NCBI GenBank assembly: GCA_017557405.1
Contig: JAFYYV010000001.1
Location: forward strand, 142,079-206,078
DNA: 64,000 nt
Reading direction: 5' to 3'
From: Prevotella sp.
GTDB lineage: Bacteria; Bacteroidota; Bacteroidia; Bacteroidales; Bacteroidaceae
Shown here piece by piece: positions 1-9,024 of the stretch. The notes under the pieces were generated by a model. The model was not told where the DNA came from and ran no database searches. It worked only from the letters and a program-made list of their open reading frames with translations. The position numbers were made by a program, and so were the translations under genes. How positions within the stretch are numbered: the stretch's first letter is position 1; each line of letters opens with the position of its first letter.

Positions 1-2302
1 CGACAGCCGCGCGGTGGTGACAGCGAAGGGCAAGGCGGTGGAGATTGCCGTTTATTTGGACAAACCCGTACCTGAGAAACTCGCTGGCGAGGCTGGTTTC
101 AACCTCGAATTCCTTCCTTCGAAATATTGGTTGAAGACATTCATTATGGACGGTCGTTTGAATCGTTTCCCTCGTTACGCTACTAGTCAGACCATCACCC
201 GTCCGAATAGCGAGAAACCCCGTCAGTTCAAGGGTTTCAAGACCTACGACGACCGCGGAACGGATCGTTTCATCGACCCACTGCCCTTGGAGACTGGCCA
301 TCGTATCGTGATGGCTACTGACGACCCCGAACACATGATTACCATTAGCTGCGACGACGCCGAGTTGAAACTCTACGACGGTCGGATGTTGGCTCAGAAT
401 GGTTGGTTCGTGCTGCGCAGTGTGCTTCCGAAAGGAAAGACAGGAAAGGTCATCACATGGACTGTCGAACCTCATGCCATCCCCGGCTGGATTCGTGAGC
501 CGAACATCGGATTCTCTCAGATTGGCTACACGCCCGAGCAACCGAAGGTGGCCGTCATCGAACTAGACAAGACCGACACTCCGCTGACTAGCGCCTCCCT
601 CATGCGTATTCGTGAAGACGGCACCACAGAGCAGGCCTTCACGGGCAACATCAAATCGTGGGGACCGTACTTCAAATACAACTATGTGAAGTTCGACTTC
701 TCATCGGTGCGTCAGCCTGGCGTTTATTACATCCAATACGGCAAGACTCGTACCAACGACTTCCTCATCGATGAGCACGTCTATGACAAAATCACAGATG
801 CAACGACTGACGTGTGGGTGCCCATCCACATGAACCACATGTACGTGAACGAAGGATACCGCACGTGGCACGGTGAGCCTTTCAAGGAAGGTTACCTCCA
901 AGCACCTGAAAGCGACCACTTTGACTTACATCGTCAGGGTGCACAGACTGACACGAAATACAAGCCCTACGAACTCATCCCGGGCTTGAATGTCGGTGGT
1001 TTCTTCGATGCTGGCGACTTCGACATCGAGACTGGTTCTAACATCAGCGTTGTTCAGAATTTCATTCGCACGTGGGAACTCTTCAAGCCTCAACGCGATG
1101 AGACTTTTGTCAGCCAACAGCAACGCTATGTCGACCTGCATCGTCCTGACGGAGTGCCCGATGTTCTCCAATTCATCGAACATGGTACGCTAAATCTCGT
1201 GGCACAAGCCGAGCAGATTGGCCACATGGCCTCAACGCTCTCCAACTCCATCCTCGACAACTACCACCACCTCGGCGATGCTGCCAGTATTACCGATGGT
1301 TTGCATTACGACCCGTCGTTGAAACCCTATGAGGTGAGTGCAGACGGCAAACGAAGTGGTACACCCGACGACATGTGGGCTTTCACCACGCGGAATCCGA
1401 ACCTCGACTTCCAAGCCGCCACGATGTTTGCCGCAGCCAGCCGAGCCCTCGCTGGCTATAACGACGACTTGGCCCAACGTGCACTCACTCAGTCGAAGCG
1501 ACTGATGCAAGAGGCCACTGAACTGATGAACCTACGTCGTGACCCACGTGTTGACGCACAGGCACAAGCCGATGCCAACTGGCTCACGGGAAGCAATGAC
1601 AACGATAATGCTTCTACGGCGAACAACAATGCCAACCGCCGTCGTCAGGCACGTCCACGCAACAATCGTGGAGACCTTGGTACCAACCTGCAGCTCTATG
1701 CAGCCACCAAAGAAAAACAATATCTTGAGCAATTCCAACAGCAGATATGGAATGCCCTCGATCGTAATGTGGCCAACACCATGCAGACCGCTCTTGATGC
1801 AGTTCCCTATATGGACGAGGCTTACAAACAGCAACTCCGTCCGTATGTGGAGAAATACGAGACTTATATCAAGCACTTCGACGAGCAGAACCCTTATGGT
1901 GTGCCCATCGGTCTTGGCAACTGGGCTGGTGTTAATGCCGTTCTCAATTTCGGTATCACTGTCAACTACGCCCACATCTACTTCCCCGACATCGTCAGCA
2001 AAGATGAAATCTATCGTGTCAGCAACTGGCTCTATGGTTGCCATCCCTACCACAACTATTCGTTCGTGGCCGTCGTTGGTGCCACCCGCCCAAAGCAAGT
2101 GTTCTATGGAAACAACCGTGCCGACTTCTCGTTCATTCCTGGCAACGTAGCTCCCGGATTGCTCTTCCGCCAACCCGACCATTTCGAGAACTTTGATGAT
2201 TGGCCTTTCCTTTGGGGACAGAACGAAGGAACCATCGCAGGCAACACCCAGTACATCATCTTTGGCTCTGCGTTGAAAAATATCGTTAACGGGAAAAAGT
2301 AA
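1..2302 (+). CDS. Glycoside hydrolase family 9-like enzyme, 5' end outside window
   Basis: The frame stays open to the window edge. The tracked GTG at 14 has no signal peptide, so the N-terminus is probably missing. Ig-like N-module (NIGFSQIGYTPEQPKVAVIELD), then GH9-type motifs GGFFDAGDFD and WGQNEGTIAGNTQY near the C-terminus. Confidence 0.6.
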   Translation, partial: DSRAVVTAKGKAVEIAVYLDKPVPEKLAGEAGFNLEFLPSKYWLKTFIMDGRLNRFPRYATSQTITRPNSEKPRQFKGFKTYDDRGTDRFIDPLPLETGHRIVMATDDPEHMITISCDDAELKLYDGRMLAQNGWFVLRSVLPKGKTGKVITWTVEPHAIPGWIREPNIGFSQIGYTPEQPKVAVIELDKTDTPLTSASLMRIREDGTTEQAFTGNIKSWGPYFKYNYVKFDFSSVRQPGVYYIQYGKTRTNDFLIDEHVYDKITDATTDVWVPIHMNHMYVNEGYRTWHGEPFKEGYLQAPESDHFDLHRQGAQTDTKYKPYELIPGLNVGGFFDAGDFDIETGSNISVVQNFIRTWELFKPQRDETFVSQQQRYVDLHRPDGVPDVLQFIEHGTLNLVAQAEQIGHMASTLSNSILDNYHHLGDAASITDGLHYDPSLKPYEVSADGKRSGTPDDMWAFTTRNPNLDFQAATMFAAASRALAGYNDDLAQRALTQSKRLMQEATELMNLRRDPRVDAQAQADANWLTGSNDNDNASTANNNANRRRQARPRNNRGDLGTNLQLYAATKEKQYLEQFQQQIWNALDRNVANTMQTALDAVPYMDEAYKQQLRPYVEKYETYIKHFDEQNPYGVPIGLGNWAGVNAVLNFGITVNYAHIYFPDIVSKDEIYRVSNWLYGCHPYHNYSFVAVVGATRPKQVFYGNNRADFSFIPGNVAPGLLFRQPDHFENFDDWPFLWGQNEGTIAGNTQYIIFGSALKNIVNGKK

Positions 2303-2334
2303 CAACATCAGTAAAACATTAACATAAAAAAAAA

Positions 2335-4197
2335 TTGAAAAAGTTTTTTTCTATCATGCTTTTAGCTTTTACGGCAATGACCGTTCAAGCACAAGAAAAC
2401 GAAGCCCTAGAAGGTGATATAGATGAAGTAGTGGTAACAGGTACACGCAATGCTGTTGACGTGCGCCATCTTCCTATGACAGTAAATGTCATTGATCGCA
2501 AGACTCTGACCGAGCAACATCAGACAAGTATCCTGCCCACAGCGATGCAAATGGTGCCGGGACTCTTTGTCACCTCTCGCTCGATGATGGGTTATGGTGT
2601 ATCAACAGGTGCAGCTGGTGGCATCAACCTACGTGGTATTACGGGCGGTGCAGGACAATTGCTTGTACTGATTGATGGACATCCGCAATATCAAGGCATC
2701 TATGGTCACCCCATCGCTGACAGCTACCAGACGCTAATGGCCGATCGTGTAGAGGTGCTACGTGGCCCAGCCTCGGTGCTCTACGGTTCAAATGCTATGG
2801 GCGGTGTGCTGAACATCGTTACCCGTTCGATGCACGAAGACGGTGTAAAGACCAGCATCAACCTTGGTGCAGGCAGCTACGGAACCGTTCAAACAGAAGC
2901 CTCGAATCAAGTGCGAAGCGGAAAGTTCAGCAGCACTGTCGCAGCACAATATGAGCGCACCGACAACCACCGCCCACGCATGGGTTTCGAGCAATATGGT
3001 GGCTATATGAAACTTGGCTACGACCTGACAGATAATTGGAACACCTATGTCGATGCTGACATCACCCGTTTCAATGCCTCTTACCCAGGAGCCGAGACAT
3101 CGCCATTGTACGATGCCGACCAATGGATTACGCGTGGTATGGTCTCTGCGGCTCTTGAGAACCACTACAACAACACCAATGGTGCACTGAGTGTTTATTC
3201 GAACTTCGGACGCCACAAGATTGATGATGGTACAGCCGACCCATCGAAACCTACACAGCGCTTCTTCCGCTCGAAAGACGCTCTGACAGGCGTGTCATTG
3301 TATCAAAGCGCACGACTCTTCGAGGGCAACCGACTGACTGTCGGCTTCGACTACCAACACATCTATGGTAACGCCTACTACACCTCGAAGGAAACGGGCG
3401 AAGTGCTCGAAACGCCGAACAAGCAGAGTGGCAGAAGCCATCGCAACGAGGTGGCTGGTTACATCGATGTTCGTCAGGACCTCTTGTCGTGGATGACCAT
3501 TGATGCTGGACTTCGCTTCGACCACCACAGCATTACAGGTTCTGAATGGATTCCGCAGGCGGGTATTGTTGTGCGGCCCATCTCATCGGGCGAAATCAAA
3601 TTGATGGCCAGCAAGGGATTCCGCAATCCCACGATGCGCGAGATGTATCTCTATCCCCCATCGAACGAGGAATTGGAACCTGAGCGTCTTTGGAACTATG
3701 AGTTATCATGGCGTCATCGTCTAGGGCAGTTCTCCTACGGCATGAACCTCTTCTACATCAAAGGCGACAACATGATTCAGACCGTGAATCGCAAGAACGT
3801 CAATACGGGCGAGATTGAGAACTATGGTGCTGAGTTCGAGGCACAATACAGCATCAACCCCCGTTGGTCGCTCTTCACGAATCATTCTCTGCTCCATATG
3901 GAGAATCCTGTCATTGCAGCCCCCGAATACAAGGGTATGCTGGGCGTGAACTATCGTCAAGACCGTTGGAACGTGATAGCAGGTCTGCAATATATCAACG
4001 GACTTTACACCGCCATTGGTGAAAACGAGAAGAAAGAAGACTTCTGCCTGCTCAACGCCACCGTCAACTATCAACTGACAAACAGCATCACGCTGTGGGT
4101 TCGTGGCGAGAACCTTCTTGCTCAGAAATACGAAATCAATCTCGGCTATCCCATGCCACGTGCTACGTTTATGGGTGGTGTGAATGTGAATTTCTAA
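2335..4197 (+). CDS. TonB-dependent outer-membrane receptor (small CirA/BtuB-sized type, no SusD partner)
   Basis: The TTG start gives signal peptide MKKFFSIMLLAFTAMTVQAQ. Plug motifs DEVVVTGTR and LRGPASVLYGSNAMGGVLNIVT. Terminal aromatic residue (VNVNF) is typical of OM beta-barrels. Confidence 0.85.
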   Translation: MKKFFSIMLLAFTAMTVQAQENEALEGDIDEVVVTGTRNAVDVRHLPMTVNVIDRKTLTEQHQTSILPTAMQMVPGLFVTSRSMMGYGVSTGAAGGINLRGITGGAGQLLVLIDGHPQYQGIYGHPIADSYQTLMADRVEVLRGPASVLYGSNAMGGVLNIVTRSMHEDGVKTSINLGAGSYGTVQTEASNQVRSGKFSSTVAAQYERTDNHRPRMGFEQYGGYMKLGYDLTDNWNTYVDADITRFNASYPGAETSPLYDADQWITRGMVSAALENHYNNTNGALSVYSNFGRHKIDDGTADPSKPTQRFFRSKDALTGVSLYQSARLFEGNRLTVGFDYQHIYGNAYYTSKETGEVLETPNKQSGRSHRNEVAGYIDVRQDLLSWMTIDAGLRFDHHSITGSEWIPQAGIVVRPISSGEIKLMASKGFRNPTMREMYLYPPSNEELEPERLWNYELSWRHRLGQFSYGMNLFYIKGDNMIQTVNRKNVNTGEIENYGAEFEAQYSINPRWSLFTNHSLLHMENPVIAAPEYKGMLGVNYRQDRWNVIAGLQYINGLYTAIGENEKKEDFCLLNATVNYQLTNSITLWVRGENLLAQKYEINLGYPMPRATFMGGVNVNF

Positions 4198-4203
4198 ACT
4201 AAA

Positions 4204-4497
4204 GTGTAATCGCTACACGCGAACGAACGAACAGTTGAACAGTTTTTGTGTGTGAAACTGCAATAGAAGATTATTATTATATAATATATAATAATAAAAG
4301 TTTCGCGCACGCAAAAAAGAAAACTGTTCAACTGTTCGTTCGCTGTTCGTTCTCATATCCATCTTCTTTGTGGAAAAAAAGAAGCGTTGTCAAAGACCAT
4401 CTTTGACCTTGTCATTTGTGGTCTTTGATCTCCTCATTGCATAGCTTTGACCGTGTCATTGATGGTCTTTGACAACGTCATTTGTGGCCTTTGACAA
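4204..4497 (+). repeat. Composite intergenic element, copy 1: long imperfect hairpin (4220-4342) plus five tandem 22-bp units (4389-4495)
   Basis: Arm CGAACGAACGAACAGTTGAACAGTTT (4220-4245) is complementary to AAACTGTTCAACTGTTCGTTCG (4321-4342). The apex is a 12-bp A/T palindrome with a 3-nt loop (4271-4297). A near-identical copy lies at 18364-18655. Confidence 0.85.
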
Positions 4498-4532
4498 TTT
4501 TAATGTTTAGGAACAAATAGTATATACAAAAA

Positions 4533-4568
4533 AAGAGGATTTGACATTCACTATCAAATCCTTTCTTT
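4533..4568 (+). terminator. Intrinsic terminator-like hairpin downstream of the composite element
   Basis: AGGATTTGA (4536-4544), 9-nt loop, TCAAATCCT (4554-4562), followed by TTCTTT and preceded by an A-run. Confidence 0.55.
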
Positions 4569-4922
4569 GACCGATTTCCAACAGACTACGATTTATCACA
4601 AATCCTTCAATTGTCAATCGGGTCATCTAGTTCAGTTCTATAATCTCTAACTAATTAAATTACTTTATGAATTTAGCTATCAGCAATTGTTTATGGAACT
4701 AACCATTAAATATATTAAAGTTTTTGTTTTGGTTGCATTGTGTTTGCAAAGATACAGAAAGAGACGGAAAACACCGCGTTGTTTTGTATTCGATGACGGC
4801 CGTTTTGTATCCACAATACAATCGGGAGCAAAAAGGATACATTTGGTAGGGCAAAACGTTAAAAATCACTATTGATGGGCGAAAAAGGATGCTGACAAAG
4901 GAGGGTACCCGACTATTTTTGT

Positions 4923-4930
4923 TATATTTG
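4923..4930 (+). promoter_or_regulatory. Bacteroidota -7 promoter box TAtaTTTG for the HTCS gene
   Basis: Matches the TAnnTTTG consensus of Bacteroides-type sigma-A promoters, 24 nt before the ATG at 4954. Confidence 0.55.
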
Positions 4931-4953
4931 CAGAAAACAAAGACTAAAAACCA

Positions 4954-7900
4954 ATGACAACGCGTCGCTCGCTGACACACTGGGCAATCCATGCCTTTAG
5001 CATGGTCCTTAGTTGCACTCTTTTGTCGCTGCTGCCAATATGGGTGGCACGGGCTGGTATGCCCTTGGGAACTAGCCATTTCCGCACGCTGAACGTGAAA
5101 AATGGGTTGGCCGACAATTTTGTGCGTCATATATCGACCGACAGCTATGGATTCGTGTGGTTTGCTACCATCAACGGTGTCAGCCGCTTCGATGGCTACC
5201 GCTTCGTGAACTACCAACCCGTGGAGGTTGGCGCGCAAAACGACAATGTGGCATGGGTATGCGAGACTGCTGATCGAACGCTGTGGATGTCTTGCGGTGG
5301 TGAAGGTTTCACCTACGACCGACAACACAATACGTGGAGTAAGGACGGTCTTGAGCGGTTGTCGCAACTTGGCATCAAAGGCGCACCCAGTCTGCTCTAT
5401 GTAGACGATCATCACAACCTATGGGTAGCCACTGAAAGAGAACTATACCTATATGACTTCACGCAATCGCGCCTACATCGCATAGAGTATTTCAACCCTT
5501 CACCCATCGTCCACATCGTGTCGCGCAACGGAAAAACGTTGGTAGTAACAAAGAAATGCAGTGTCTATGAGGTGGCATTGGACAAACATCAGTTATTGCT
5601 GGTGGCACAACCGCCCGAACTGACGTTCACTCGCGATAGCCGGGTGTTCCTCGACAGCAAGATGACGCTGTGGGCCTACAATTCGCATGCACCGGCCTCT
5701 GCTGTATGGTGTCTGCCCCAAGGACAGCAGCTGTGGCGACAGGCGATGCCTGTAAAGCAGATGGGCAACCCGCTGGTGAACACCATTACTGAGGATAATG
5801 ATGGCCAGCTATGGGTGGGTACTGAGGATGACGGTATTCACGTGCTAACGCGATTGGCGGATGACGGCCTGACTCTGAATCCCGTGGCGCGGATGAATGC
5901 CTTCGAGTCACGCAATAGCCATATTACAAGCATCTTTCTTGACAACAACAATACGATATGGGTGGGGTCAGCGAAACTAGGTGTAGTTTTCTCCGACAGG
6001 AACATTCCACACTTCGTTTTCGTACCTACGGGTAATAGCGAAGACGTGACCTCGCTGCTCGAGGACAACGAAGGCAACCTGTGGATAGGATTCGATGGTG
6101 GTGGACTCATGAGGAAGACACCAACTGGCAACGTCACGATGTTCTCCGTACCGCCCTACTCCTCCACGTACGAGGGAACGACAGGCGGACTGGTGACAGC
6201 GCTCGCCCAACAAAAAGATGGTTCGGTGTTGGTGGGTACTTACGGGAGCGGTATTGCCCGATTCGATGGTCATCGCCTTGTACCAATGTGGCGAGACGTG
6301 ACCAGCATAAAATACGTCAAAGCCATCACCCCCGACTTGCATGGGAATCTATGGGTGGCAACAGTCGACCGAGGCGTGGTGAGAATTGATGCAGACGGGA
6401 ATACCGTCAATTTTACTACTGAGAACTCATCGCTCCTATCAGATGGTGTGCTGTGTTTGGCCTGCGACTCTCTTCACAACATTATATACATAGGAACATC
6501 GCAAGGTGTATCGGCCTATGACTGCAATCGTGACAATTTTGTCGACATCAAAGCCATCGACGGATTGAAAGGTATGTATATCTACTCGCTGATAGTGTGT
6601 CATCAAGGCAAGTTGTGGATTGGAAGCAGAGATGGCATTTGGATTTACAGCCCTTTGAATAACGGAGTCACACATCTAAGCACCGAGCAAGGCTTGTCGC
6701 ATCCTGTGGTGAGAGCACTAGCAAAGGCGGTTTATCCAGGTGGGGCATACGTTTGGGCAACCACCGACAATGGTCTGACCTGTATCTCCGTGAAAAAGAC
6801 TGACGACAACCAATGCGAATACAAATGCAATCCTTTCTTCGACACCGATGGCCTGCAAGGCATCATCTTCTCGAACAATGCTGCGCTGACGGCCAAAGAT
6901 GGTTCCGCTTTGTTGGGCTGTTTCACAGGTTATGTGAGCATTCAACCTGAAAACATGATGATTCACACGCCTAGACTCCAGGTGCGATTCACCGATTTCC
7001 GCATCAATGGACAAAGCAGCACGAATCACTCGCTCGCGAATCTCACTATCCGTCACAACGAGCGACCCACTATCTTCGTTTCAGCCATGCTGCCTGCGCT
7101 CGACCGGAAAATCAAATATCTTTATCGATTCAAAGGCGAGAAGGAATGGGAAAGAGCGCCTGACAATCACTTGTATTTTGCCTCATTGATGCCTGGTACC
7201 CACATCCTTCAGGTGAAGGCTGAACTGCCTGGGGTGGCAGAAAGCGAAATCGCAGAACTGACTATCAAGGTGCAGCCGCCCTTGTGGTTGTCGTGGCCTG
7301 CCTTGCTCTTCTATTTACTCCTGCTAGCCACGGCCGTAGGCCTCATCTTCCGCTCTGTACGACTCCGACAAAAACGCCAATTGGCCATCAGGCAACTGGA
7401 GATGAATCTGGAGAAATATGAGATGGAAGAGGAGAAAATTCGATTCTTTACTAATATCAGCCACGACCTTAAGACACCTCTCACACTAGTTGTCGCCCCA
7501 TTAGAAAAGATTCGTTCGTTCAGTCTGCCAGCTTCCATTCGCACCGAGGTGGAGGTGGCTTGGCGGAATGCTCGGCAACTCTACGACCTTGTGTTGCAAT
7601 TGCTCGACTTCCGCCGTCTTGATGAAGGAAGGGAAAAACTGAATCTCAAGCATGGCGATGTGTTGAACTTTGTAAGGCAGACGGTGCAGGGCTTTTCTTA
7701 TCTTGCCACACGCAAGCAAATCAAACTGATGCTGCAACTGCCCACCTCGTCCATCGAGGCTGCCTTCGATGAGAACAAACTGCGCCGCATCATCTCTAAT
7801 CTCCTTTCAAATGCCTTTAAATACAACACGGAAAATGGAGCTGTAACAGTATCATTAGCCATTCGACCACTCGACCACTCGACTTCTAATCACTTGCAAG

Positions 7901-9000
7901 ACAATGATTCAGAGCCTTCACCATTGTCCAACTCTTCTGAGTTGCTGCTTAGCATTGCCGACACAGGTATTGGCGTGAACGACAAGCGGCACATATTCGA
8001 TCGTTTTGTACAGGAAACGCATGGACAAGAGCAGGAGGGAAGTGGCCTTGGACTGCACATTGTCAAACAATATGTTGACATGATGGGCGGAAGCATTTCT
8101 GTCGCAGACAACAAGCCCCAGGGCACTATTTTCACCGTGAAACTGCCATTGTCGGAGACTATAAATGTCGATGATGAAGAACTGCCAACCACCAAAGCTG
8201 ATACCATCTATGAAGAGGTGAATGCCGTAGACGGCACATACGAAAAACCTATTATCCTTGTGGTCGACGATAACATCGATGCACGCCAGTTCCTCCAACG
8301 CAGTCTTGATGACGAATATCAAGTGTTGGTGGCCGAGAACGGACGCGAGGCTCTCCGCCTTTTGGCAAAGACTGATAGGGTAAGCATCATTGTCAGCGAC
8401 GTCATGATGCCCGTGATGGATGGTATTGAACTATTCCGCAGAATCAAGAATAACATTAATTATTCCCATATTCCCGTCATCTTGCTTACCGCAAAAAGTG
8501 GCGAAGAAAACATTGTTGCTGGACTAGAAGAAGGTGTCGCGGACTATATCACAAAACCTTTCAGTCTTGCCGTACTCAAACTCCGTATCCGCAAGATAAT
8601 GGAATGGTCTCAAAATGTACATAAGAGCATCGCAACAGGAATAGAAATCAAACCTAGTGAAATCACGGTCAGCTCTCTTGACGAGGAACTTATTAGCAAT
8701 GTCATCGCACGAATCGAGGCCAACATCTCTAACGCTGATTATTCTGTAGCCCAACTCAGTAGCGATGTGGGAATGACACGCGGACATCTCTATAAAAAAC
8801 TGATGGCCATCACGGGCAAGCCTCCGTTGGAAATGATGCGCATCATTAAGCTCAAGCGAGGAAAAAGTCTGCTCCAACAAGGTCGCTCTAACATTTCAGA
8901 GGTTGCCGACAAGGTGGGGCTTTCACCCAAGCAGTTCGCTCACTATTTCAAGCTCGTTTATGGTGAAACACCATCTGACTATTTGAAAAAACAAAAATAG
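4954..9000 (+). CDS. Hybrid two-component system sensor kinase/response regulator with AraC-type HTH (HTCS)
   Basis: Long periplasmic beta-propeller/Y_Y_Y-type region, then a TM segment. HisKA motif FFTNISHDLKTPLT, HATPase GSGLGLHIVKQY, receiver ILVVDDN...DVMMPVMDG, and a C-terminal AraC HTH. Confidence 0.9.
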   Translation: MTTRRSLTHWAIHAFSMVLSCTLLSLLPIWVARAGMPLGTSHFRTLNVKNGLADNFVRHISTDSYGFVWFATINGVSRFDGYRFVNYQPVEVGAQNDNVAWVCETADRTLWMSCGGEGFTYDRQHNTWSKDGLERLSQLGIKGAPSLLYVDDHHNLWVATERELYLYDFTQSRLHRIEYFNPSPIVHIVSRNGKTLVVTKKCSVYEVALDKHQLLLVAQPPELTFTRDSRVFLDSKMTLWAYNSHAPASAVWCLPQGQQLWRQAMPVKQMGNPLVNTITEDNDGQLWVGTEDDGIHVLTRLADDGLTLNPVARMNAFESRNSHITSIFLDNNNTIWVGSAKLGVVFSDRNIPHFVFVPTGNSEDVTSLLEDNEGNLWIGFDGGGLMRKTPTGNVTMFSVPPYSSTYEGTTGGLVTALAQQKDGSVLVGTYGSGIARFDGHRLVPMWRDVTSIKYVKAITPDLHGNLWVATVDRGVVRIDADGNTVNFTTENSSLLSDGVLCLACDSLHNIIYIGTSQGVSAYDCNRDNFVDIKAIDGLKGMYIYSLIVCHQGKLWIGSRDGIWIYSPLNNGVTHLSTEQGLSHPVVRALAKAVYPGGAYVWATTDNGLTCISVKKTDDNQCEYKCNPFFDTDGLQGIIFSNNAALTAKDGSALLGCFTGYVSIQPENMMIHTPRLQVRFTDFRINGQSSTNHSLANLTIRHNERPTIFVSAMLPALDRKIKYLYRFKGEKEWERAPDNHLYFASLMPGTHILQVKAELPGVAESEIAELTIKVQPPLWLSWPALLFYLLLLATAVGLIFRSVRLRQKRQLAIRQLEMNLEKYEMEEEKIRFFTNISHDLKTPLTLVVAPLEKIRSFSLPASIRTEVEVAWRNARQLYDLVLQLLDFRRLDEGREKLNLKHGDVLNFVRQTVQGFSYLATRKQIKLMLQLPTSSIEAAFDENKLRRIISNLLSNAFKYNTENGAVTVSLAIRPLDHSTSNHLQDNDSEPSPLSNSSELLLSIADTGIGVNDKRHIFDRFVQETHGQEQEGSGLGLHIVKQYVDMMGGSISVADNKPQGTIFTVKLPLSETINVDDEELPTTKADTIYEEVNAVDGTYEKPIILVVDDNIDARQFLQRSLDDEYQVLVAENGREALRLLAKTDRVSIIVSDVMMPVMDGIELFRRIKNNINYSHIPVILLTAKSGEENIVAGLEEGVADYITKPFSLAVLKLRIRKIMEWSQNVHKSIATGIEIKPSEITVSSLDEELISNVIARIEANISNADYSVAQLSSDVGMTRGHLYKKLMAITGKPPLEMMRIIKLKRGKSLLQQGRSNISEVADKVGLSPKQFAHYFKLVYGETPSDYLKKQK

Positions 9001-9024
9001 TAACACATAAAACCTGACAAAAGT

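Noticed and set aside
4220-4342. Invertible promoter (inverton) reading of the IR-flanked segments here, at 18380-18496 and at 43005-43238
   Set aside because: No TAnnTTTG promoter box is found inside any of the three segments in either orientation. No recombinase gene is in the window. Two of the elements sit in 3' flanks, where a switchable promoter has no obvious target. I keep it only as an alternative to test for 43005-43238.
4687-4875. 62-aa plus-strand ORF upstream of the HTCS gene
   Set aside because: It has no promoter box, an odd Arg/Lys-rich composition and no conservation evidence available, so it is not supportable from sequence alone.
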